A stretch of DNA of 64,000 nucleotides from Clostridia bacterium (GTDB lineage: Bacteria; Bacillota; Clostridia; CAKSNL01; HGM11501), in the NCBI GenBank assembly GCA_045545475.1, contig JAZQAZ010000040.1, positions 9,136 to 73,135 on the forward strand. Direction: 5' to 3'. Both the position numbers and the translations under genes were made by a program. The notes under the pieces are model-generated. The model had not been told where the DNA came from and did not search any database. It saw nothing but the letters and a program-made list of their open reading frames with translations. Shown here piece by piece: positions 1 through 8,137 of this stretch (positions are counted from its first letter, which is position 1; every line of letters begins with the position of its first letter).

Positions 1-132
1 AAGCCTCTTCGGCTTTTGCACGTTTCACTCGTTAAAAGCCTTTTGGGCTTTTCTTCGGCAATTTTCGTCTCGGTCGTAAAAATTGCCTATGACTCGCAAA
101 ACTTCGCTCCGTAAAAACTTTGTTGTTTTTAC
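1..132. repeat. Structured dispersed repeat, copy A (variant)
   Basis: gtttcactcgtt-AAAAgcc-ttttg-ggcTTTT ... ctcgcAAAACTTCGCTCCG-taaaaac-tttgtt-gttttta, shared with copies at 8012, 21120, 28390, 37034 and 39855. Confidence 0.75.
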
Positions 133-175
133 TTCGCTTAGGCACTCTGTTTTTATATGCATATATTATACCACA

Positions 176-499
176 CTATTTAGAAAAAATCAAATTAATT
201 TTTCCACACCTCCTGCATTTGATGCTTACAACGCCGTGTTTATGCCTCTTTTCGTATCGAAACAAAACCTTGTTGCAATATTCACACCTTACTGTATCAA
301 AGTCCTCATCCGTTAAAAGTTCCGGACATTTAACAACCTTATAGCTTTCCACTTCTTTCTCTGATTCATGGATAACAGTCCTTTTCGCTTCCCATCCTTT
401 CACAGGCTTGCCGTCCTTAATCCATGCACATTTATAATTTTTACACCATTGACAGAGAGAGCCTCCTCCAACAGTATAACTTCTCGCCACATCACTCAC
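176..499 (-). CDS. Phage protein with C-terminal Mu Com-like zinc ribbon
   Basis: C-terminal VRCEYCNKVLF...IKCRRCGKIN matches the Com-family CxxCxKxL...IKCxRCxxxN pattern. Confidence 0.65.
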   Translation of the reverse strand: MSDVARSYTVGGGSLCQWCKNYKCAWIKDGKPVKGWEAKRTVIHESEKEVESYKVVKCPELLTDEDFDTVRCEYCNKVLFRYEKRHKHGVVSIKCRRCGKINLIFSK

Positions 500-835
500 T
501 CCCTTTCATATCCTCAAAGCAAATTTGCAAAATAAATTTCACTCTTTGCTTTTTCGCTCTTAAACTTTACTCATTTACAAGGCTTTAAAAAACACTTACT
601 TTCGAAAGTGTTATGTACACCCGTGAGAAAGCTGCAAATTCATTTGAGGCTTTCAAACGGGTCCGAACACTCCGCAGAGTGTTCCCCCGCAAAACCATTT
701 TTGGGTTTTGATTTCTCTTTAGTCCAAACAGCTAAATATGAGAAAAAACAACGACATCGAGTCTGTTGTTTTTTGCTCAAAAATTTTTACGCCCATTTCG
801 GGCTAAGAAAATTTTTATCGCATTCCTTTTCGGAC

Positions 836-1591
836 TTATTCACGCTGTTCAGACTTCGTTTCGCTAATTGCTTCCTTGCAATTAGCTACACTCACATACT
901 TAAACCACATATATCCGTACCGTGTCACCTTACACTCAACCAACTTGTATCCCGCCGGTGCCTTCGGAGGCTTCGCCTCGGAATACTCCCTCTTAATCTC
1001 CTTCGGTTCCTCGCTCTCAGGATGCTTCACATTCCTCGAAGCTTTGTACCTGTGGCCACCAAACTCCGGTTTCCAATGGTCAAATAGATAGTTGGCGAGC
1101 CCGGTGTAGTCCTGCCCATAATCAACGCCGTCATACTTGTTATGCTCTCGCAGGTGCTCAATACGGCATATCTCGCCATAGGGCCATTGCTTAATTATGT
1201 ACTCTTCCGGAATCCCGTCGGATATCATGTGCAGGTGATAACGGTCTGTCACCGCTCCACGGCCGATATAAATGTTAATCTTCGCATCCGGGTACTTATA
1301 AAGGAGACGTCTGTAAAACCTGTCACGGACCGTCTTCGCTTCCTTGTATGTATGAATTTCGTTCTCCGTGTCAAACGTTAATGTCGAATATAAGCTCTCG
1401 GGAGAATAGTTTTCATTAATCAAACGCGCGTGGCGACGCCTTGAAATACCGTCCCTATGGGCTTGTCTCTCCGCCTCATCCTTAAAGCGGAGACGAGGCA
1501 GCGTCGTTTTGACGCTCCCTCGTGATGATATAGAATATATTTCCTGCTCAAGTACCGCACCCGAAAATGTGCGTTTTTTAACCTTTCTCAT
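836..1591 (-). CDS. HUH endonuclease, rolling-circle Rep-like protein
   Basis: Motif I STLTF, motif II YHLHMI (HUH) and motif III LANYLFDH in the correct order. Confidence 0.7.
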   Translation of the reverse strand: MRKVKKRTFSGAVLEQEIYSISSRGSVKTTLPRLRFKDEAERQAHRDGISRRRHARLINENYSPESLYSTLTFDTENEIHTYKEAKTVRDRFYRRLLYKYPDAKINIYIGRGAVTDRYHLHMISDGIPEEYIIKQWPYGEICRIEHLREHNKYDGVDYGQDYTGLANYLFDHWKPEFGGHRYKASRNVKHPESEEPKEIKREYSEAKPPKAPAGYKLVECKVTRYGYMWFKYVSVANCKEAISETKSEQRE

Positions 1592-1612
1592 ACTCTTTCT
1601 CCTTAGCTCCCC

Positions 1613-1762
1613 TCAAGCCTCTTTTCTTCTTCCGGCCTCGCAATAGCCATTTTCCTTGCATAAACGGTTGTGATAAATGCAAAACATTGCCACTTTACCC
1701 TTATACTTAAACTGTTCTTCGTCAAACGGCACACGGTTCACGCAATCTCTACAAGTTGCCAT
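1613..1762 (-). CDS. Small Cys-rich phage protein (49 aa, not in ORF track)
   Basis: Manual translation MATCRDCVNRVPFDEEQFKYKGKVAMFCIYHNRLCKENGYCEAGRRKEA; start overlaps yopX stop; paralogous to the C-terminus of 7312..7560. Confidence 0.75.
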   Translation of the reverse strand: MATCRDCVNRVPFDEEQFKYKGKVAMFCIYHNRLCKENGYCEAGRRKEA

Positions 1763-2163
1763 CACCCCTCACCGCCTAATAATTCAGGGTTATCGTGTAT
1801 GTTGCCGATTATTTTCACCGAATCTCTGCGACTACCCAAATTAACAACATAATCAGGTTGTTTATCACTATAAATTTGATATTGAGTTAATGCGGGGTTG
1901 TAAATAACAACGCCTACAAAACCAAATTTTTCCTTGCTGTACTTATCAATTACAATATCCCCTTCAAAAATCTTCGTGCCGTTCTTGTCGGGCAATCCCG
2001 TGTACTGTCCAACTGTTTCGGGGATGATTTCGTAAGACACTCTTTCGCCTATATTTTTGAAGTAAGAAATAAAATCAATGTTAGCAAACAGACCTCTATC
2101 TAAATCGCCTTGCTCCCACTCACCGTTGTCTACTCGTTTACCTCTAAACAAAATCTCTCGCAT
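1762..2163 (-). CDS. YopX-family phage protein
   Basis: MREILFRGKRVDNGEW, GQYTGLPDKNGTKIFEGDIV, IIGNIHDNPELL. Confidence 0.9.
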   Translation of the reverse strand: MREILFRGKRVDNGEWEQGDLDRGLFANIDFISYFKNIGERVSYEIIPETVGQYTGLPDKNGTKIFEGDIVIDKYSKEKFGFVGVVIYNPALTQYQIYSDKQPDYVVNLGSRRDSVKIIGNIHDNPELLGGEG

Positions 2164-2363
2164 TATTCAACACCGCCTTTCTCGGTTGGGTGGTCTTGTA
2201 TACGGCTTAACAATACCTTTTTATCGCATTTGACACACCAAGCATACTGTGTTTCATTCATCCAATCGGCAGTTCCACAAGGCTCACCATTGCAATCATA
2301 ATATTGTTCTGATTGAAACTTTGTGTAAAATCCGTTTTCACTTCCACACTTCGGGCATTTCAT
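2163..2363 (-). CDS. Small Zn-finger phage protein
   Basis: CPKC...CVKC; translationally coupled to neighbours. Confidence 0.6.
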   Translation of the reverse strand: MKCPKCGSENGFYTKFQSEQYYDCNGEPCGTADWMNETQYAWCVKCDKKVLLSRIQDHPTEKGGVE

Positions 2364-2965
2364 TTTCCCTCATCTTCCTTTCCCTCGACATAACACCAAC
2401 TCTGTGGCGGTCTTGTAAGTGGTTTTTCGCCCTCAACTGTGCATTCGTGTAGCATATCCGCACAATTAAAAAAATAATACTTGCAACCCAAACATTTAGT
2501 GTCAAAATATTCCTTTTCCCATTCGGGACAAATAGTAATAAAATCGCTTAACTCCTTCGGCTTGTCATAGATCACAAGATTTGATATGTGCCAACCGTAC
2601 ACGTCACTCCCATTTGAGTATGAATCAATGCTAAAATAGGACAATTTACATTTTTCTAAGTATTCGTTGCTTAATTCTTTGGTGTAAAATTTCTCATCAA
2701 CAATCCTTAGCCTGATATCACTATTGCAAGTCCCACAATGCGCCATCCTATCAATCTTTTCACATACAAACTCACCTATTACTTTACCGTCAAGCCGTTC
2801 TTTCCTCAAAAAATCAAACCATCCGTGTTTGTCTTTGGTGCAATAGATGTAGCACTTAAAAGGCACATCAAGCTTCGGCTTTGTTTTCCTTACTTCAACC
2901 AGCTTTTTGAACTGGGTGATAAGCTCGCACCACTTTGGCTGTATGCTTATTAAAACCGCTTTCAC
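2360..2965 (-). CDS. ASCH/PUA-like domain phage protein
   Basis: LISIQPKWCELI..KKLVEVRK, YIYCT, GKVIGEF, YGWHISNL, RPPQSWCYV. Confidence 0.8.
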   Translation of the reverse strand: MKAVLISIQPKWCELITQFKKLVEVRKTKPKLDVPFKCYIYCTKDKHGWFDFLRKERLDGKVIGEFVCEKIDRMAHCGTCNSDIRLRIVDEKFYTKELSNEYLEKCKLSYFSIDSYSNGSDVYGWHISNLVIYDKPKELSDFITICPEWEKEYFDTKCLGCKYYFFNCADMLHECTVEGEKPLTRPPQSWCYVEGKEDEGK

Positions 2966-3174
2966 TTCGAATCACCTTTCAGAAAATCCTTAAACAGTGC
3001 AAGTTTTGTATTTACGTAAATATCAAATAAACGGTCAGCTTCTTTTTTACATTCGGGACACACCTCAATGCCTTTCACAGATAAGTAATATTTTGATATT
3101 CTTTTATCCGGAATAATAATACCTTTTAACTTATAGCATTTTGCTCCACATCTATCACAAATATTTTTTTTCAT
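2962..3174 (-). CDS. Hypothetical phage protein (CxxC...CxxC)
   Basis: Coupled ORF in early operon; CDRC and CPEC. Confidence 0.55.
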   Translation of the reverse strand: MKKNICDRCGAKCYKLKGIIIPDKRISKYYLSVKGIEVCPECKKEADRLFDIYVNTKLALFKDFLKGDSK

Positions 3175-3178
3175 CCGA

Positions 3179-3492
3179 TTACACCTTCCCCAACAGCTTA
3201 ACCTTTGAGCTTTTCTTTCTCGTCACTTCCGCCACATCGGTGAAATTAAGCACCGCACTGCTTCCGTCGTCAAGCGAAATCGTAACTCTTCTGAATCCGC
3301 CGTCCATGCAGGCACGAAGATTTGCCTTAAGCCTCTCAACAGTTTCCTCGCTCACAGGATAAAAGCCGTATTCCTCGCACCTCTCGCCAAAAAGCTCCTC
3401 TATTCTCTCAAATCCGCTTCCCTTTTGCTATCAACCTCTACATCAAGAGTCAAAATCTGCCCGCAAAATTCACACGCTCCCGATAAAAACAT
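3179..3492 (-). pseudogene. Frameshifted phage gene
   Basis: MFLSGACEFCGQILTLDVEVDSKREADLRE* stops early; another frame continues ERIEELFGERCEEYGF...KLLGKV* to 3179. Confidence 0.6.
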
Positions 3493-3497
3493 AAAAA

Positions 3498-3836
3498 TCA
3501 CTCCTCTGCAATGTTACCGGTGTCTTCGTTGTTCTCTTTACACTCTGTTCTGTCATTCTGAGCGGAGCGAAGAATCTCTTTCTCCGCCTCATCCAACGAT
3601 ATATCTTCTATCTCCGCCCTTACTTCAAGGCAATACAGATAGTCACCCATATGCTTTTTCTGCTCTTTAAGTAAATCAATACTGCACGAAGGCGTAAAGT
3701 TAAGTGTTTTTGCCTCATACTTAACTACCATTTTGTGAAGCTTTTCGTATCTTATCTTCGCCTGCATATACTCTGCAATAAATCTATCCTTATAGTCCGC
3801 ACTGTTCATCATCTTAACAGTATCTTTCAATTCCAT
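3498..3836 (-). CDS. crAss001_48-like phage protein
   Basis: MELKDTVKMMNSADYKDRFIAEY.Q.KIRYEKL...LLKEQKKHMGDYLYCLEVRAEIE pattern. Confidence 0.7.
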   Translation of the reverse strand: MELKDTVKMMNSADYKDRFIAEYMQAKIRYEKLHKMVVKYEAKTLNFTPSCSIDLLKEQKKHMGDYLYCLEVRAEIEDISLDEAEKEILRSAQNDRTECKENNEDTGNIAEE

Positions 3837-3885
3837 AAAATCAACTTCTTTCTTAAAATCCTTAAACAGTTTTATAAAAATATCA

Positions 3886-4042
3886 TTATACAGATGAGGA
3901 TTTGCACCTCATATAGAATGATTAACACCGCATCCTCGCCTTACGCGACTGCTTTTTCCCTACTCAAGAGGTGTCGGGGGCAGTGGTTCATTCCAGTACT
4001 GTTGCCCCTTTTTCCTGCGTCTACCTATTCCGCCACCATATA
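3886..4042 (-). ncRNA. tRNA-like RNA with ~100-nt insert replacing the anticodon and variable arms
   Basis: Acceptor TATATGG/CTGTATA, Leu-type D arm TGGCGGAATAGGTAGACGC, T arm TGAGG-TGCAAAT-CCTCA. Confidence 0.6.
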
Positions 4043-4205
4043 CCTTAAAATCGTTCTTTTATCATTTACCCGTACCTTCTTTCCTCCAGTCCCGCTCCAT
4101 AGCTCTGAACTTCATCCGGCACCGTTTCCAAGTCTTATTTTTCCTCATCCATCGCCGGCAATAAAACTTATACCTGATTTTCTTAAACATAACCTGCCCT
4201 CACGT

Positions 4206-5522
4206 TCACTTAAACAATTCGTGTGTACCGTCGCACAAAGCCTTTTCTTCGTCTGACATTTCATATCCCAATAGCTCAAGTTTTTTATATACGAAGTCAA
4301 GATTTTCGTTTTTCTTATATGTAGGAAGGCTTGTCCCATACCCCTGATAATAATATCCGTTGTTTTTGTCATCATTGCTCATCGCATAAATCATAAGTGC
4401 AAGTATATTCCCCGGTTCCTTCTCGGCATAATCCTGCAGTTTTTCGTTATCAACTGAATATTTATGCTTGGTATACTTTTCTCCGAGTTTTTCACATAAA
4501 AGTTCTACATTAGCACCGTAAATGTGATGTCCTGTAAGGTCTCTTTCGATAAACTCTCTCAGCCATAAATTCAAAACGCTCTCATACTTTTTCCCGGAAG
4601 AAAACTCACTTATAAATTCTCTTCTCATATGATAAGCCTTCTCCGTCACTTTCCCAAGTGCTGCATTTCGTTCCTCTACCTTAATTTCTTTGGGAGATTT
4701 CTTAGGCTTTTCCGCCTTCTTTTTAGGCTTCTTAACATACAGTCTGTAATTGTTGCTTCTTACGTTCCAAAAGTATTCTTTCCCTTCCTTGACTTTATCG
4801 GAAAAGAATCCTTCTGTATATTCTTCCGCACTTACGGATGCGACTTCCTCATAGTCTCCCGCCCAGGTATAAATAGAATCGTCCTTCTTTGCACTGATTT
4901 TTTTCATCTCGGCTTTAACTTTCGGCATTGTCGCATCAAGCGCCTGCTTTTCAAGTGCCTCTCTGAGTTTCCAGTTAAAATTATTCGTACCCACACATTC
5001 AAGCACTTTGTTTCTTTCTTTTTCATTAACTATGTCGGAAACTTTAATATAATCTTCAAGCTTTCCGCCACGCTCTTCCGCCTGCTGAAACTTCGCCTTG
5101 TCGAGATTTAACAGCTTAAGTCTTCGCTGTACGGTAGACTGAGAAAAACCTATCTTTTCTGAAATCTGCAACTCTGTATCTCCTAGGTCAAGCATCATCT
5201 GTATGCCTTCAGCTTCTTCGTATTTTGTAAGGTCAGACCTTTGCATATTTTCCAGGAGCATTGTCGCTATCTGCTCCTTATAGCTCATCCCTGTCGCCAC
5301 GGCACAAGGTAACTCTTTAAGTCCCGCCGCTTTTGCCGCCGCCAGTCTTCTGTGTCCGATTATAACGGTATATCCGTCCTTTTCAGGAACAACCGTTAAA
5401 TTCTGCATTATACCGCTTCTGGCAACCGAAGCGGTAAGCTCTGTAAGGTCGCCAAGTTCTTTTCTCGGATTGTCTTTGTGCGGCCTCAATAAATCAATAC
5501 TTATATTCTTAATTTCATTCAT
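4206..5522 (-). CDS. ParB/RepB/Spo0J-family phage protein
   Basis: ParBc domain: LRPHKDNPRK, GIMQNLTV, IGHRRLAAA, ENMQRSDL, followed by HTH. Confidence 0.88.
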   Translation of the reverse strand: MNEIKNISIDLLRPHKDNPRKELGDLTELTASVARSGIMQNLTVVPEKDGYTVIIGHRRLAAAKAAGLKELPCAVATGMSYKEQIATMLLENMQRSDLTKYEEAEGIQMMLDLGDTELQISEKIGFSQSTVQRRLKLLNLDKAKFQQAEERGGKLEDYIKVSDIVNEKERNKVLECVGTNNFNWKLREALEKQALDATMPKVKAEMKKISAKKDDSIYTWAGDYEEVASVSAEEYTEGFFSDKVKEGKEYFWNVRSNNYRLYVKKPKKKAEKPKKSPKEIKVEERNAALGKVTEKAYHMRREFISEFSSGKKYESVLNLWLREFIERDLTGHHIYGANVELLCEKLGEKYTKHKYSVDNEKLQDYAEKEPGNILALMIYAMSNDDKNNGYYYQGYGTSLPTYKKNENLDFVYKKLELLGYEMSDEEKALCDGTHELFK

Positions 5523-5525
5523 CGC

Positions 5526-6899
5526 TTAGCCTCTTTCCCTCATATATTTTCTTATATATTTCTTCTTTCGTGCTTCTCTGCAACTCTTGCAGAAGCGGTT
5601 TTCCTTTCGCTCGATAAATGTATCTCCGCATCTTGCACAATACTGTGGCTTTATTCTTAAAAACTCTGTGCAGTCGTCACAGCTCTCGCATTCTTTCCTG
5701 CAGCCAATAATGTCGTCCCAGTGCATACACATATCCTTTTGGAAATAATAATCGTATATTTCTCCGGCATTGCTGCGCTTTACCGCCCAGGCATGGAGTA
5801 TTCCCGCCATAAGCTCCATTTGCTCTTTTGCCAAAACCTTTTCTTCCGGAGGCATTATCCTTAAATGCTTAAGCTTCCTCTCCGGGAGATTATCTCCGAA
5901 TTTACCGTTTCCGACCATAGCACGAACCGCATCTGCATTTTCCGTGAGATAATACCTGTATACAAGCCCTCTTAAAGCTTTCTCGCTACGATCAGGAAGA
6001 TTCAATGCAATGTCCCGAAACTTTTGTCCCTGCTTTATTCCTTCGGTAATTATCTCAAATTCTGCAGCTGTCCATTCCGTATGGTTTTCCGCCTTGATGG
6101 GAGTAGTCTTTATTTTAAGTTCCGAAAGCCGTCTTATAACCGCCCCTTCTGTTCTTTCTACCAAACGTGCAACTTCTTTAAGTCCGTATTCTTTTCTTTC
6201 AACCAGTTGCTTTAAGCGAAAATCTTCTTCCGCAGTCCAAGGTGTCTGCCTGGGTGCCCTGGCATCCCGACGTCGCTTGCCTTTAACCCAGGCAGGTTCA
6301 AAACCTAAAGCGTTCTCTTCAAAATGAGAAAAGTCTAAAAACGCCTGATTTTCTTCGGCCCATTTCCAGAAGTCGTCAAGATAAATAACCTTTACCTTCT
6401 TTTCGCTGAGAGTTTTGTATTTCACCGGGAATCCTCTGTTTTCTACCCAGCTTTTCATCTTGTAACTGTCTGATCCGCTACCTAAACCTAAAGCAATATA
6501 AAGCTGATGACAAGTTATGTAATCGCCCGATTCTAAAAACGGGCCCAGATTAAGCCTGTTTCTCATAACATCGATGGCGTTTTTGCTTCTGCCAAGATGT
6601 TCACATATGGCATTAACCGACTTTACGCCCCAAAATTCCGCCAGGTATTCTTTTTCTTCTTCGCTGCCTTTAACTCCCGCAAAAACAATGGTACCTAAAA
6701 AGTCAATACCGAAAAGCGTCATATTGTAGGGTAAATTGCGAAGTCGCCCTTCTTCATTGCAAATAATCACCAAATCCGTCGCAACCGTAACGGTCTCTAT
6801 ATCACCGCCAACCAACTGCTGAAGACTCTGAATCTCGTTTCTCACAGTTCTAACTTCGGGAGCCTTCCCCGGAACCTTAACAATAACCTTTATCTTCAT
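5526..6899 (-). CDS. DUF3846-like N-terminus fused to Myb/HTH-repeat phage protein with C-terminal Zn finger
   Basis: N-terminal LQQLVGGDIETV..IICNEEGRL; WTAEED and WTAAEF repeats; C-terminal CARC...CKSC. Confidence 0.6.
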   Translation of the reverse strand: MKIKVIVKVPGKAPEVRTVRNEIQSLQQLVGGDIETVTVATDLVIICNEEGRLRNLPYNMTLFGIDFLGTIVFAGVKGSEEEKEYLAEFWGVKSVNAICEHLGRSKNAIDVMRNRLNLGPFLESGDYITCHQLYIALGLGSGSDSYKMKSWVENRGFPVKYKTLSEKKVKVIYLDDFWKWAEENQAFLDFSHFEENALGFEPAWVKGKRRRDARAPRQTPWTAEEDFRLKQLVERKEYGLKEVARLVERTEGAVIRRLSELKIKTTPIKAENHTEWTAAEFEIITEGIKQGQKFRDIALNLPDRSEKALRGLVYRYYLTENADAVRAMVGNGKFGDNLPERKLKHLRIMPPEEKVLAKEQMELMAGILHAWAVKRSNAGEIYDYYFQKDMCMHWDDIIGCRKECESCDDCTEFLRIKPQYCARCGDTFIERKENRFCKSCREARKKKYIRKYMRERG

Positions 6900-6917
6900 T
6901 TCTTCACTTACTTCCCT

Positions 6918-7100
6918 TCAATTTTTGTAGGGGCTGATGCCCACATTAGCCCGCTTCTTCACTTTTCCTTTCAGCACTTTAATAATCTGCTGTAAAATCT
7001 TAATCTTCTCCTTAAGCGATTTGTTCTCTGCGCTGAGCTTCCTGTTTTCTTCCATAAGCTCCCCGCACACCGCCTCAGGCGTATCATATCCGGTTAACAT
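6918..7100 (-). CDS. Small coiled-coil phage protein
   Basis: ATG after GGCGG RBS, coupled to the upstream stop. Confidence 0.5.
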   Translation of the reverse strand: MLTGYDTPEAVCGELMEENRKLSAENKSLKEKIKILQQIIKVLKGKVKKRANVGISPYKN

Positions 7101-7315
7101 TATTCCGCCTTCTTCTCTTTCCAGTAATCCATAACAACTATGTATGTAAGAAACACCAGCACCGGCACCAACGCTTCCCCGCCTATGCCTTCGCTCGTTC
7201 CTCTTTCCATTATAGCGAACTCTCTGCAAGGAATGTAAACCGCCACAGCCAAAACCACCATAAGTATAAAACCGATTACATCAAATATAATTTCTTCACG
7301 TTTTTCCTTCTTCAT
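7100..7315 (-). CDS. Small two-TM membrane phage protein
   Basis: Two hydrophobic segments around ERG..GIGGEAL. Confidence 0.65.
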   Translation of the reverse strand: MKKEKREEIIFDVIGFILMVVLAVAVYIPCREFAIMERGTSEGIGGEALVPVLVFLTYIVVMDYWKEKKAE

Positions 7316-7560
7316 TTTTCTCTCCTTATTCCTTCATCACAATAGCCGTTTTCGTTGCATAAAGCATTCTTACGTATGCAAAACATAGCCGCCTTGCCCT
7401 TAAAAGAATACTGTTCTTCGTCAATCGGTACCCGGCTCACGCAATCCTTGCACCTTACAACTAAAACTAAGTCCTTATGCTGAAAACAACTATGCATGGA
7501 ATCGTTGTGAGCATCACAATATTCCGTTCCTTCATGTTTGCATTCATTACAATTTGCCAT
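7312..7560 (-). CDS. Cys-rich phage protein
   Basis: MANCNECKH...VVRCKDC...FC...YC; GGGAG RBS. Confidence 0.6.
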   Translation of the reverse strand: MANCNECKHEGTEYCDAHNDSMHSCFQHKDLVLVVRCKDCVSRVPIDEEQYSFKGKAAMFCIRKNALCNENGYCDEGIRREK

Positions 7561-7578
7561 TTTTCTCCCGCCTTTCTT

Positions 7579-7735
7579 TAAGGGCTCCCTTGTGTAAAGC
7601 CCCGCTGTTCTCGTCACTCCACCCTCAAGGCTCCCCTGTGTAAGGGGAGCTGTCATCGGAGATGACTGAGGGGTTGTCGTTCCTCGCTCGCTCCGGCTGT
7701 CAGCCTTTGGCTGACTGAGGGATTGTTACCACCCT
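7579..7735. repeat. Cluster of clostridial REP-like palindromes (GGCTCCCCTGTGTAAGGGGAGCTGTCA...TGACTGAGGG)
   Basis: One full and two partial copies with internal hairpins GCTCCCC/GGGGAGC and GTCA/TGAC. Confidence 0.65.
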
Positions 7736-7997
7736 CCAAAAACTCCTCCGCTTCTTCTCTTGTAGCAAAAAGCTTGTCCGCTCCTAAGTACTCAATCCGC
7801 TTCACGTCGCCCTGCACTCTCTGACAGATGCAAAATAAATGTCCCAGCTCGTCAAGCTTGTATCCCACCACAACCCAGTCGGTTATAATGTTGGTCTTGT
7901 CTCCTCTATCATTAATAAGGGAATACACCGCCTGAAAAACTTTCTGTCCGACATAAAATGGTATGTCAAGTGTAATTCTCATAAATTCTCTCCTCAT
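7653..7997 (-). CDS. Hypothetical phage protein (C-terminus runs into REP-like repeat)
   Basis: IPFYVGQKVF...KLFATREEAEE phage-type motif. Confidence 0.55.
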   Translation of the reverse strand: MRREFMRITLDIPFYVGQKVFQAVYSLINDRGDKTNIITDWVVVGYKLDELGHLFCICQRVQGDVKRIEYLGADKLFATREEAEEFLEGGNNPSVSQRLTAGASEERQPLSHLR

Positions 7998-8011
7998 TGT
8001 CGCTCATTTTG

Positions 8012-8136
8012 GTTTCACTCACTAAAACCCTTTTCGGGTTTTATCACCGATTATCACCAAGTAAATGCTCCGCAAAACTTGGTTGCATCGGTGTCGTTCG
8101 CAAAACTTCGTTCCGTTTTTTCTTTGTTGAAAAAAC
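8012..8136. repeat. Structured dispersed repeat, copy B
   Basis: AAAAccc-ttttc-gggTTTT; caccgat..ccaagt-AAATGCTCCGCAAA-acttgg..atcggtg; AAAACTTCGTTCCG. Confidence 0.85.
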
Positions 8137-8137
8137 T

